Below the pieces are notes generated by a model. The model was not told the origin of the DNA. It saw nothing but the letters and a program-made list of their open reading frames with translations, and made no database searches. Source: an uncultured Acidobacteriaceae bacterium (GTDB taxonomy: Bacteria > Acidobacteriota > Terriglobia > Terriglobales > Acidobacteriaceae). From it: a stretch of 64,000 bases of DNA. Below are positions 19,401-28,248 of this stretch, in pieces (the stretch's first letter is position 1; every line of letters begins with the position of its first letter). The stretch is taken from assembly GCA_964236325.1 (NCBI GenBank), contig CAXSEC010000001.1, forward strand, positions 53,325 to 117,324, read 5' to 3'. Both the position numbers and the translations under genes were made by a program.

Positions 19401-19838
19401 GAGACCTCGCCTCTTCCGGGTTAGTACTTGCCCGATGGAGAAATCCCTGAACTTGGGTGGCGCGCGGATGACAAATCTCTTACACCGACAGTAAGTAAGC
19501 TTTTAGAATGAGTAGATGGAGAAGTGTCCCTACTTCACCACCATCATGTCTGGCCTTTGTGGCCAGCTTTCACCCAAACAGCTTATGCAGGTTTCTGGTT
19601 GGCGCGATGCTACTTCCTGGCAGCGATCTCGAGTACGACGCTGCTGCTTTAGGCTAGCTCATGACCCAGTTGGTTGGTGTGTAGGGATTACTGGCGAACT
19701 ATCGCTTCCACATCAGGCGCCGAGGTCAGCTAGATGGTTCGGTGGAGTTTCTCGAGTAGTTCCCTGCTTGAATCTAGCACTGCAGGATGGAAGTTCATCG
19801 CGTGCTTTACCTAGCGTCTAGCTTCATGAGGTTCCTTA

Positions 19839-20189
19839 ATGTTGATTCTGCAATCTGTCATGCTGCTCCTTGTTTTTCAACTTATTGGGGAGGCCGTGAG
19901 CAAAGTGGCGCACATTCCCGTTCCCGGGCCGGTTCTGGGAATGGTTCTGCTTGCGGCCTGGTACATTGTGCGCAAACGAGAGCCGGAGAGGCACGTCGAG
20001 GAGACTGCCAATGGGCTTTTAGGCTGGTTGGGGCTGCTTTTTGTGCCGGCGGGGGTTGGGATCGTAGCTAATCTGCAACTTCTACGAAGCGCGTGGATGG
20101 CGGTTTCTGTCTCCCTGATCGTATCCACTCTGGCGACTCTGGTCGTGACAGCGGCTGTCATGACTCGCATGAAGAGAGATAAAGCGTGA
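19839..20189 (+). CDS. CidA/LrgA family protein
   Basis: PVPGPVLGM and LLFVPAGVG motifs; 116 aa. Confidence 0.9.
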   Translation: MLILQSVMLLLVFQLIGEAVSKVAHIPVPGPVLGMVLLAAWYIVRKREPERHVEETANGLLGWLGLLFVPAGVGIVANLQLLRSAWMAVSVSLIVSTLATLVVTAAVMTRMKRDKA

Positions 20190-20914
20190 GCGTCTTCGGC
20201 CTGCCGATCCAGCTCTCGCCGGGAGTCGTTCCGCTGACTGCTCTGGTGCTTACGATGGGAGCGTATCTGCTGGGTCTGGCAATCCAGAAGAAAGTACGCC
20301 TCGCCATCGCGAATCCCGTGTTGATCGCAATCTTGATTATTGGTTTGACGCTCCGAGTTTTTCATCTGACGTACCAGAGTTATTTCTCTGGAGCGCAGTT
20401 CATCCACTTTCTTCTGGGCCCGGCAACTGTAGCTCTGGCGATTCCTTTGACTAAGTCGTTGGAGCACATGCGTCGAGGATTTGCGCCCATGGTGGTGGCG
20501 CTGCTCTCCGGATGCGTTGTCGGGATGACGAGCGGGTATGCGCTGGTACGCCTTATGGGAGGAAGCCAGGTGATCGCGCTGTCGATGATTCCGCACTCTC
20601 TCACGACCCCAATAGCCATTGGCGTGTCCGAGAATATAGGAGGCGTGCCGTCTCTTTCTGCCGTCCTCGCGATTGCCGGCGGCATCCTTGTGGCGATTGG
20701 TGTGGATGCGGTTCTTCGATTCATGAAGATTGAAGATCCGGCGGTGTGGGGATTAGCCGCGGGTGTTGCCGGCAGCGGCGTAGGGGCATCGCGGGTGATC
20801 CCGCAACACCCGCTCTCGGCCGCGTTTGCCGGGGTAGCGATAGGACTGAACGGTCTGGCTACGGCTGTGCTTGCCCCGCTCTTTACGGGGCTACTGAAAC
20901 ATCTTCATGCCTGA
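20186..20914 (+). CDS. LrgB/CidB family protein
   Basis: LLGPATVALAIPL and S.TTPIA motifs; GTGA overlap with the upstream gene. Confidence 0.9.
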   Translation: MSVFGLPIQLSPGVVPLTALVLTMGAYLLGLAIQKKVRLAIANPVLIAILIIGLTLRVFHLTYQSYFSGAQFIHFLLGPATVALAIPLTKSLEHMRRGFAPMVVALLSGCVVGMTSGYALVRLMGGSQVIALSMIPHSLTTPIAIGVSENIGGVPSLSAVLAIAGGILVAIGVDAVLRFMKIEDPAVWGLAAGVAGSGVGASRVIPQHPLSAAFAGVAIGLNGLATAVLAPLFTGLLKHLHA

Positions 20915-21093
20915 ACGCCAGTAATTCTTCGGTTCCATTTGGAGATGGATTGCGTTACCAGTCGTCTGGTGCTGACGCTCCAGGAGTTTTGCAGATACCG
21001 CAGGTTCGCTGGGATACGGCGGGATTGTGCGGGCCTGGCATCAACGCTGCAGCGTCAATGTCAAGACCCGCGTGGGTGTGGAATGCAGCTGAC

Positions 21094-24000
21094 CTAGAAG
21101 AGGATCTTCACGGCGAGCTGCGTGTTGTAGGGTTCCCCCGAGCCGATGCCGGGTGCGCCGTAGGCGACGCCGATGGTCGAGGTGCTGGTGCCGAACGAGG
21201 CACCGGAGCCGCTGTTGTTATTTGGGTTAGCCAGGTTGACCCGATTGAAGATGTTGAACATCTCTACGCGGAGCTGTGCGTGGACGCGCTCTTTGTACAG
21301 AGGAACGTTCTTGATGAGGGAGAGGTCGACGTCCTCAAAGCCGGGGCCGAAGACCTGGTTGCGTCTCAGATTGCCGTAGCTGCCGAGGGCGGGGACGGTG
21401 AAGCTGGTGGGGTTGAGGTACTGGGCATGGGAGTAGCCGACCACGGAGCGGTTGCTGTTGAGGGCCGGGCCGATGATTGAGGCACGATCCTGGTTTTCGC
21501 CGGTGCCGCTGTTGTCACCGCCGGAGAGGACGTTGATCGGTTCGCCGTCCTGGAGCTTAACGATGCTGCTGAGCTGCCAGCCATGGGTGAGAACTTCGGG
21601 ACCGCGGCCGAGACCGGGAATGTCGTAGTTGAGATAGGCGGAGAAGTGGTTGCGGATGTCGGTGCCGGCGTTACCCCAGTCTCCGCGTAGATTGAAGGAG
21701 TTCTGCGGATTGGTGTTGAAGCCGCTGGCGTCGTCGAGGTTGTGGCTCCAAGCGTAGGAGAACTGGCTGGTGAGGCCGTGCCACGCACTGCTGCGCATGG
21801 AGACCTGCAGCGCGTTGTAGCTGGAGGAGGCGGCGGAGGTCATCTGGTTGATGATGCCGAAGTTGGGGTACTTGCTGAAGTAGGGGCGCGACATTTGCTG
21901 GGGGGAGAAGACGGCACCTGGCGCGATCGCGGCCTGATCGAGCTGCACCCCTGGAACTACGGCGGACTGGTTGATGTCTTCGAGGACGAGATTGTGGCGG
22001 CTGCCTATGCTGACGTAGCCGACACTGAACAGCCAGGCGTGGCCGAAGCTCTGCTCCAGGTTGATGCCGAAGTTCTGAGCGTAGGGAGTCTTGAAGTTGC
22101 GATCGACCGAGTAGACGGAGACCACGTTGCTGCCGGTGGGCTGGCCTGCGGCGGCGGTGAAGATGGGCGTGGCCTGGTTGTAGGTCCAGATGGGGGTTGG
22201 GGCGGCTGAGGAGTTGGTCTGGACGATGGCTTCATTGGGCTCGGTGCCGGCAGGATTGTTATTGACGCCGCTGGCGCCGCCATTGGGGATGCCGAGGTTG
22301 CCAAAGAAGGCCTGACCGGCGGGCTGGTCAAAGTAGAGGCCGTAGTTGCCGCGAATGACGGTGTTGACGCCGGCCTGGTAGGAGAAGCCGAAGCGGGGCG
22401 AGAGGTTGATCTTGTTGCTGTTGTAGTCGTAGTTCGGACTGCTGCCGCCGGCGCCGGTGACGACCAGACCGCCGTTGTTGGGATCGAAGATGGAGGTGTT
22501 GGCGGGGTTGGTGTAGAAGGGCTGCTGGTAGTCATAGCGCAGGCCGAGGTTGACGTTGAGCTTGGGGCTGAGCTGCCAGGAGTCCTGGACGAAGCCGGAG
22601 CCGGTGTGGGTGTAGATGAAGCGTTCCTGGGTGCCGAGAGTGATGGAGGACTGATAGGCGTAGCCCGCCAGGTAGTCGGCCAGGTTCAGGACGTTTGAAT
22701 CGGTCACCGAGCTGTCGTTCTGCCAACGGCCAAGGACGCCGCCGGTGCCGTAGTTGAAGCTGCCGCGGCCGCCAAAGTTGTAGTAGAGATCGATGTACGC
22801 GCGGCGGTACTCGAGGCCCAAACGGAGCTGATGCTTGCCGACGGTCCAGGAGATGGAGTCGGAGATGTGGCCGGTGATGTCGTTGCGGCCGGAGGTGGGG
22901 GTGGGACCGATGGAGTCAAAGCCATTGATAACGATGTTGGGAGAGCCAGAGAGTGAGGAACCGGTGTTGAGGCCTGCGAGGGCGAGCGGGTTCTGGGTGT
23001 GGTTCAGGTCGGCAAAGCCCTGGGTAAAGTAGCTGACGCCAGCGGCAACCTGGTTGGTCAGGTTGGGGCGGAGGCTGTAGTTCCAGACCACATCGTAGTT
23101 CGAGATATGCGAGGGGACGACCTGGAAGTACTCCGGCAGGAAGGAGCCGCCGGGCGCCTGCGCATAACCCTGGCCTAAGTAGTAGCGGCCTGAGAGGTGA
23201 CTCTTGTCGCTGAAGTTGTGATCGAGTTTGGCAACCACGTTGTGGCTGTAGCCGCTTTCCGGAGAGCTGGCGGAGTAGTTGAGCGGCGTGCCCGGGAGGT
23301 TGGCGATGAGGGCTGGCTGCCAGAGCGTGCTGAGGATCTGCTGGGAGACCTGACTGGGTGCGACGTTGTACCTCTGAAGCTCGGCGAGAGCGAGGGCCTC
23401 GTAGGCGGGTGACGGCTCGGTGGTGGTGTTGACCGCGCCGATGAGGAATTTCTGCTCCTCGTAGCAGAGGAACAGGAAGGTGTGGTCCTTCCAGATGGGG
23501 CCGCCGAGGGATCCGCCGAAGTTCTCGTTGCGTAGCGGCGAGCTACCGGTGCCGGGGGTCAGGAAGGGAGAGGCGACAGCGAGCGCTTCGTTTCGGTTGA
23601 AGTAGTACGCGGTGCCATGGATCTGGTTGGTACCGGATTTGGTGGTGATGTTGAGGTTGCCGCCGGGGCTGCGGCCGGATTCCGCGTTGCCGGTGGTCTG
23701 CAGCGAGTACTCCTCGAGGGCGTCGATGGGATAGACGACACCGGCTATACCGGAGATGCCGCCCTGGTTGACGGCGTCGATCTGAAGGTAGAGGTCGTTG
23801 TTGTCCGTGCCGTCGATGGTGTAGTTGAGCTGGTCGCCGCGCATGCCGTTGACCGAGCCAGAGTTGTTGTAGCCGGCGAAGTTCGCCGAGGTGCCGAGAA
23901 GCTGCGTAAAATCGCGGCCGTTGAGCGGCGTATTTTGAAGCGCCGTGCCGGAGAGGGTGGTGGTCTGCGCGATCGTGGTGGTATCGAGCGAAAGAGCATC

Positions 24001-24375
24001 AGCAGCAACTTCTACCGTGGCGGACTCCTGCGCGATCGCGAGCTTCACGGGCAACGTAAAGACCTTGCCTGCCAGCAGCTGCACGTTGCTGACTGCGGTG
24101 GTGGGAAAGCCACTTGCTTCAACCTTGATGGTGTAGGTGCCAGCCTGAAGATCATTAAAGGCAAACTCACCCGCGCCCGAGGAGATGACGGTCTGCGACG
24201 TGGAGGTTGCAGCTTCGGTGGCAGTCACTCTGGCACCGGCCACGACCGCGCCTGAGGGATCGGTGATTGCCCCATTGATGTTTCCACGGAAGGTCTGCGC
24301 GAACGTTGGCACAACGACGAGCAGTAAAAGAACAAGCAAGAGAAAGGTCCGCATGCCACCTTTGTTTCTTTGCAT
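21094..24375 (-). CDS. TonB-dependent receptor with carboxypeptidase-regulatory-like N-terminal domain
   Basis: Signal peptide, G.ITDPSGAVV, PLNGRDF, TKSGTN..HG, SPRFGFSY, C-terminal KILF; start at 24375 has RBS GAGGAG. Confidence 0.93.
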   Translation of the reverse strand: MQRNKGGMRTFLLLVLLLLVVVPTFAQTFRGNINGAITDPSGAVVAGARVTATEAATSTSQTVISSGAGEFAFNDLQAGTYTIKVEASGFPTTAVSNVQLLAGKVFTLPVKLAIAQESATVEVAADALSLDTTTIAQTTTLSGTALQNTPLNGRDFTQLLGTSANFAGYNNSGSVNGMRGDQLNYTIDGTDNNDLYLQIDAVNQGGISGIAGVVYPIDALEEYSLQTTGNAESGRSPGGNLNITTKSGTNQIHGTAYYFNRNEALAVASPFLTPGTGSSPLRNENFGGSLGGPIWKDHTFLFLCYEEQKFLIGAVNTTTEPSPAYEALALAELQRYNVAPSQVSQQILSTLWQPALIANLPGTPLNYSASSPESGYSHNVVAKLDHNFSDKSHLSGRYYLGQGYAQAPGGSFLPEYFQVVPSHISNYDVVWNYSLRPNLTNQVAAGVSYFTQGFADLNHTQNPLALAGLNTGSSLSGSPNIVINGFDSIGPTPTSGRNDITGHISDSISWTVGKHQLRLGLEYRRAYIDLYYNFGGRGSFNYGTGGVLGRWQNDSSVTDSNVLNLADYLAGYAYQSSITLGTQERFIYTHTGSGFVQDSWQLSPKLNVNLGLRYDYQQPFYTNPANTSIFDPNNGGLVVTGAGGSSPNYDYNSNKINLSPRFGFSYQAGVNTVIRGNYGLYFDQPAGQAFFGNLGIPNGGASGVNNNPAGTEPNEAIVQTNSSAAPTPIWTYNQATPIFTAAAGQPTGSNVVSVYSVDRNFKTPYAQNFGINLEQSFGHAWLFSVGYVSIGSRHNLVLEDINQSAVVPGVQLDQAAIAPGAVFSPQQMSRPYFSKYPNFGIINQMTSAASSSYNALQVSMRSSAWHGLTSQFSYAWSHNLDDASGFNTNPQNSFNLRGDWGNAGTDIRNHFSAYLNYDIPGLGRGPEVLTHGWQLSSIVKLQDGEPINVLSGGDNSGTGENQDRASIIGPALNSNRSVVGYSHAQYLNPTSFTVPALGSYGNLRRNQVFGPGFEDVDLSLIKNVPLYKERVHAQLRVEMFNIFNRVNLANPNNNSGSGASFGTSTSTIGVAYGAPGIGSGEPYNTQLAVKILF

Positions 24376-24783
24376 GAAATGTCTCCTCACAGATGCATCA
24401 AGTGGCCGGACCAGAGATCGTTGTGACAGGCGCTGGTAGGCGATGGTGGTTGTCCGGGTACAGGCAAACCTGTGGGCTGGGACGAGCCCCTTCAGGCAGG
24501 TCGATACGTCGGAGACGTATGCGTTCCTGAGACTTCAGGCACAGAACATCGCCAAAAAAGGGGCAAGAGGGCTAAGTTCCACCGGGATCGGCGGAAGAAC
24601 AAAAGCGCAAGTTTTTGAAGTAGAGCGTGGATTGGCCAAATCCTAACACAGACTTCGCCATGGTCTGTCGGAGATGAGGTAGCGCAGCGCCAGACTCTAG
24701 AGAGTCGCTCAACGCTTCAACTGCGGTCGAGAAAAGAGCCCTGCGGAGGTTGCGGGCGCGACCTTGCGCCGGCGCTGGAGCGG

Positions 24784-25437
24784 CTAATCAAAGGTGACTT
24801 GCTGCTCAATCGCGATGCGGACCAACTGCGACCGGCTACGCACGCCGGTGTGTTCAAAGAGACGCTGCAAGGTTGCTTTGACGACGCTTTCGCTGATGTC
24901 CAGACGATGGCTGATCTCTTTGTTGGTGAGACCTTCGAGAACACAGCGAAGCACGGAGCGCTCCCGCGATGAGAGATCGTGGAAGCCGCGCTGCGCGCTG
25001 CGTGCAACCGGCGCTCTAAGGAGGGAGAGTGCGGCCGCGGACGAGATCCACTGTTCTCCGCGTGCCGATCTTTGGATGGCGAGGAGGAGCTCTGCGATGG
25101 GCTCGGTCTTGAGGAAGAGGCCGAGCTTGAGGGTGTGCACGACATACTGGGTCTCGATCGCAGGCATGCCGGCTGTGACCATGAGCAGTTGCGCCTTGGG
25201 GTAGGCGGCCGCGATGGTCTCGCAGAGGGCGAGGCCGGAGGCGGGTGTGCCGCCCGCAGCGGGGAGATCGTAGTCGATCAAGGCGACATCGAAGGCCAGA
25301 CCTGCGGCGAGGTCGCGCAGCGCGGGTTCGGCGGCCCCGTACTCTCCCGCGACATGCAAGGCCGGCTCGCCGTTCAGCAGGCGGCACAGGCTTTCGCGGA
25401 AGAGGGTGTGATCGTCGACGATGAGGATTCTGGTCAT
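24784..25437 (-). CDS. NarL/LuxR family response regulator
   Basis: IVDDH, phospho-acceptor Asp in LIDYD, HTH LSSRE..VL...EGLTNKEI. Confidence 0.92.
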   Translation of the reverse strand: MTRILIVDDHTLFRESLCRLLNGEPALHVAGEYGAAEPALRDLAAGLAFDVALIDYDLPAAGGTPASGLALCETIAAAYPKAQLLMVTAGMPAIETQYVVHTLKLGLFLKTEPIAELLLAIQRSARGEQWISSAAALSLLRAPVARSAQRGFHDLSSRERSVLRCVLEGLTNKEISHRLDISESVVKATLQRLFEHTGVRSRSQLVRIAIEQQVTFD

Positions 25438-25462
25438 GAGCGCGGGTTGGAGAGGAGATGGT

Positions 25463-26857
25463 CTAGACGGCGGCTGCGGCGGTCAGGGAGAGCACAAACG
25501 CGGCTCCTATCGGGGATGGAAGGTAGCGGAGATCACCCTGGAAGCTGAGCATCATGGCGCGTGAGAGATAGAGGCCGAAGCCACCCTTTGCGCCGTCGGA
25601 GCCGAAGGGATTGAAGAGCAGACCGGGATGTTGGATGCCGGGACCGTTGTCGCGCACGGTCACTTCGACGCCGAAGGAGGTGTGCTCGGCATGCAGGCTG
25701 ACCTCTGCCTCGGCAGTGTGGGCGAGAGCGGACTCGGCGTTGCGGAGGAGGTTCAGGATGACCTGCAGCAGACTTTGCGGATCCGCCCAGACGGACGGAA
25801 GGTTGTCTGCGATGTGCCAGTCGAGCGCGATGGAGGCTTCTCGAACGGAGGCCGAGACGATGATGTAGAGCTCGCGGAAGAAGGAGTCAAGCTCGAGCTG
25901 GGTGGATCGGCGCTTGACGCGCGAGAGCTCGACGGCAGACATGCTGCCCAGGGTTGAGGTGAGCTTCTGGAGGGCGATGAAGTCATCGGACGCAAGCAGC
26001 GCGGGTGACTTGGTGGAGAGATTGGTCTGGACGACGGAGATGGCTGCGCACAGGTTGCGGATCTCATGCGCCAGGGCGCCGACGGCGAGGCGGGAGCCGG
26101 CGAGGACCTGCTCCATATGACCTTCTTCGCGGAGACGTATGTCTGCAGAGGCATCGACGATCATGGCGGTGAGACGGCCGCCGCGCGACGTCTTGTAGGA
26201 GGAGAACCAGACATCGGCGAAGAACGGATCGCCGCCGGAGCGGAAGCCTTGGCACTGCATCATGGTCTTGACCTGTTGCCAGCCCTCTTTCCTGATCTGA
26301 ACGCGCGCCAGCGAGGGGATGAAGACAGCCATGGATTGACCGATGAGGGAGGCGGGCGTGAGGGCATCGCCGGTGAAGAGACTTTCGGCGGAGGTGTTGG
26401 CCTCGAGGATGCGGCCTTCCGGGTCCGAGGTGACGATGGCGAGAGACGAGGTGGTGAGGACGAGACGAAGTTGTTCTTCGGCGCCGCGCCTGGCTTCCAT
26501 CTCGTCGACGAGCCGCGCGAGGTGGATCTGTTCGGAGCGATGCCGGGAGACGAACTCAGCCACGTAGAAACCAGCAGAGGTGTAGGCCAGCAGATAGAGC
26601 GTGTCGCGCGGGACACCCTGGCGAACGTTCCATGGGAAGGCGTCGGCGAACTCGGCGATGAGGGTGCAGACGATGCCGAGCGCGATGACGCCCCAGCGAG
26701 GAAGCACGGTACTCAGGAGGACGACGGGAACGATGTAGAGCAAGGCGAGCGGCACGGCTTCGTCGAGGTTGAGATCGGCCCAGGCGATGAGCAGCAGGAG
26801 CGCAAATCCGAGCGGGATGATGGTGGATCGACGGCGCAGAAGGGGCGGGACCTGCAT
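25463..26857 (-). CDS. Membrane sensor histidine kinase with PAS domain
   Basis: N-terminal TM helices, PAS, H-box LAHEIRN, NLLRNA, DNGPG, GFGL. Confidence 0.9.
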   Translation of the reverse strand: MQVPPLLRRRSTIIPLGFALLLLIAWADLNLDEAVPLALLYIVPVVLLSTVLPRWGVIALGIVCTLIAEFADAFPWNVRQGVPRDTLYLLAYTSAGFYVAEFVSRHRSEQIHLARLVDEMEARRGAEEQLRLVLTTSSLAIVTSDPEGRILEANTSAESLFTGDALTPASLIGQSMAVFIPSLARVQIRKEGWQQVKTMMQCQGFRSGGDPFFADVWFSSYKTSRGGRLTAMIVDASADIRLREEGHMEQVLAGSRLAVGALAHEIRNLCAAISVVQTNLSTKSPALLASDDFIALQKLTSTLGSMSAVELSRVKRRSTQLELDSFFRELYIIVSASVREASIALDWHIADNLPSVWADPQSLLQVILNLLRNAESALAHTAEAEVSLHAEHTSFGVEVTVRDNGPGIQHPGLLFNPFGSDGAKGGFGLYLSRAMMLSFQGDLRYLPSPIGAAFVLSLTAAAAV

Positions 26858-27027
26858 GGTTTCTCCAGTATGGCTTTCCGCGCGGGAGTGGAGGAGGACA
26901 TGGCTGAAAGATATTGCCCGGATATCGAAAGATATGGCGGCGGTCTGCTTCTGCGGGGCTCCTGTCGGCTAGGATTGATGCATGACCCTGGTATCGAGCT
27001 CGCCCAAGACTTTGAAGGTAGAAGCCT

Positions 27028-28248
27028 GTGTTGCGATGTGATGGAGCGGCCTTTTCAGGCCTCGATTGGCGAAGCGAGACGCGGAGGTTGGGACGGCGTG
27101 CAGATGGCTGCTCGGTCGTGATCTGCCTTTCTTTGCTGCTGATTCTTCTCCTTAGCGGGTGCCGAAGCAAGACGGAGAACCAGGAAGGGAAAGAGGCGCC
27201 ACCTGCCGAGCCCACGGTACTTTCAGGCGGCAACGACAACATGCTCCATGTCGGGAACGATCTTCATTTCGCGCTGGTGGCGCCGTCCATGCAACAAGTC
27301 ACGAACAGCTTGAACGTGACGGGGACGGTGTCCCCTGACGTGTCGCGCGAGATCCCGGTTTTGTCGATCGCGAACGGCAGAGTGGTGGCGCTGCATGCGG
27401 GTCTGGGAGATGTGGTTCGTCGCGGACAGCTCATTATGGACGTGCAATCACCGGACGTGGCGACGGCCTTTGGAACCTACCTGAAGGCTGTGGCCGATGA
27501 GCACCTGACCCTGGTGGTGTTGAATCGCGACAAGCTGCTCTTCAGCAAGGGGGCGATTGCGCAGAGCCAGGTGGAGATTGCCCAGAATGCGGAGGACGAT
27601 GCAGTGGCGGCGCTGAAGGCAGCCGAGCAGCAGCTGACCATCCTTGGGGTGGACAAGAACCACCCGAGCGACACGGTGCATGTCTATGCTCCCTCCTCCG
27701 GGGTAATTATTGCGCAGAATACGACGGCGGCCGGAGCGGCGGGAATTACGTTTGCGGGGTCGAATGGCTCGTTTACGATTGCGGATCTGTCGCACGTGTG
27801 GGTGATCTGCGACGTGTATGAGAACGATCTTGCCCAGGTGCACCTGCGCGAGCACGCGCAGATCCGTCTCAATGCGTATCCGGATAAGGTGCGCGTCGGC
27901 ACCATCTCCGATGTTGGCGCTGTGCTGGATCCGACGATTCGAACAGGGAAGGTGCGCATTCAGGTGCCGAATCCTGACGGACTTCTGCGCATCGGCATGT
28001 TCGCGACGGCAACCTTTACGGGCACGCAGTCGCAGTCGGTGGTCACGGTTCCGGGAACCGCGCTGCTGCACCTGCACGACACTGCGTTTGTCTTTGAGCC
28101 CGCGTCGGACAAGGGAGATTATCGTCGGGTTCAGGTGAAAGCGGGACGAACGCTCGACGGGAATGCAGTCGAGGTTCAGACGGGATTGAGCGCCGGCCAG
28201 CAGGTGGTGGCGAACGCGCTTGAGCTGCAGAACGCGGTGGCCCAGTAG
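27028..28248 (+). CDS. RND efflux periplasmic adaptor subunit (CzcB-like lipoprotein)
   Basis: Lipobox LSGC, GDVV.RGQ, IADLSHVWV, LRIGMFA; the exact start is uncertain and probably downstream of 27028. Confidence 0.88.
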   Translation: MLRCDGAAFSGLDWRSETRRLGRRADGCSVVICLSLLLILLLSGCRSKTENQEGKEAPPAEPTVLSGGNDNMLHVGNDLHFALVAPSMQQVTNSLNVTGTVSPDVSREIPVLSIANGRVVALHAGLGDVVRRGQLIMDVQSPDVATAFGTYLKAVADEHLTLVVLNRDKLLFSKGAIAQSQVEIAQNAEDDAVAALKAAEQQLTILGVDKNHPSDTVHVYAPSSGVIIAQNTTAAGAAGITFAGSNGSFTIADLSHVWVICDVYENDLAQVHLREHAQIRLNAYPDKVRVGTISDVGAVLDPTIRTGKVRIQVPNPDGLLRIGMFATATFTGTQSQSVVTVPGTALLHLHDTAFVFEPASDKGDYRRVQVKAGRTLDGNAVEVQTGLSAGQQVVANALELQNAVAQ

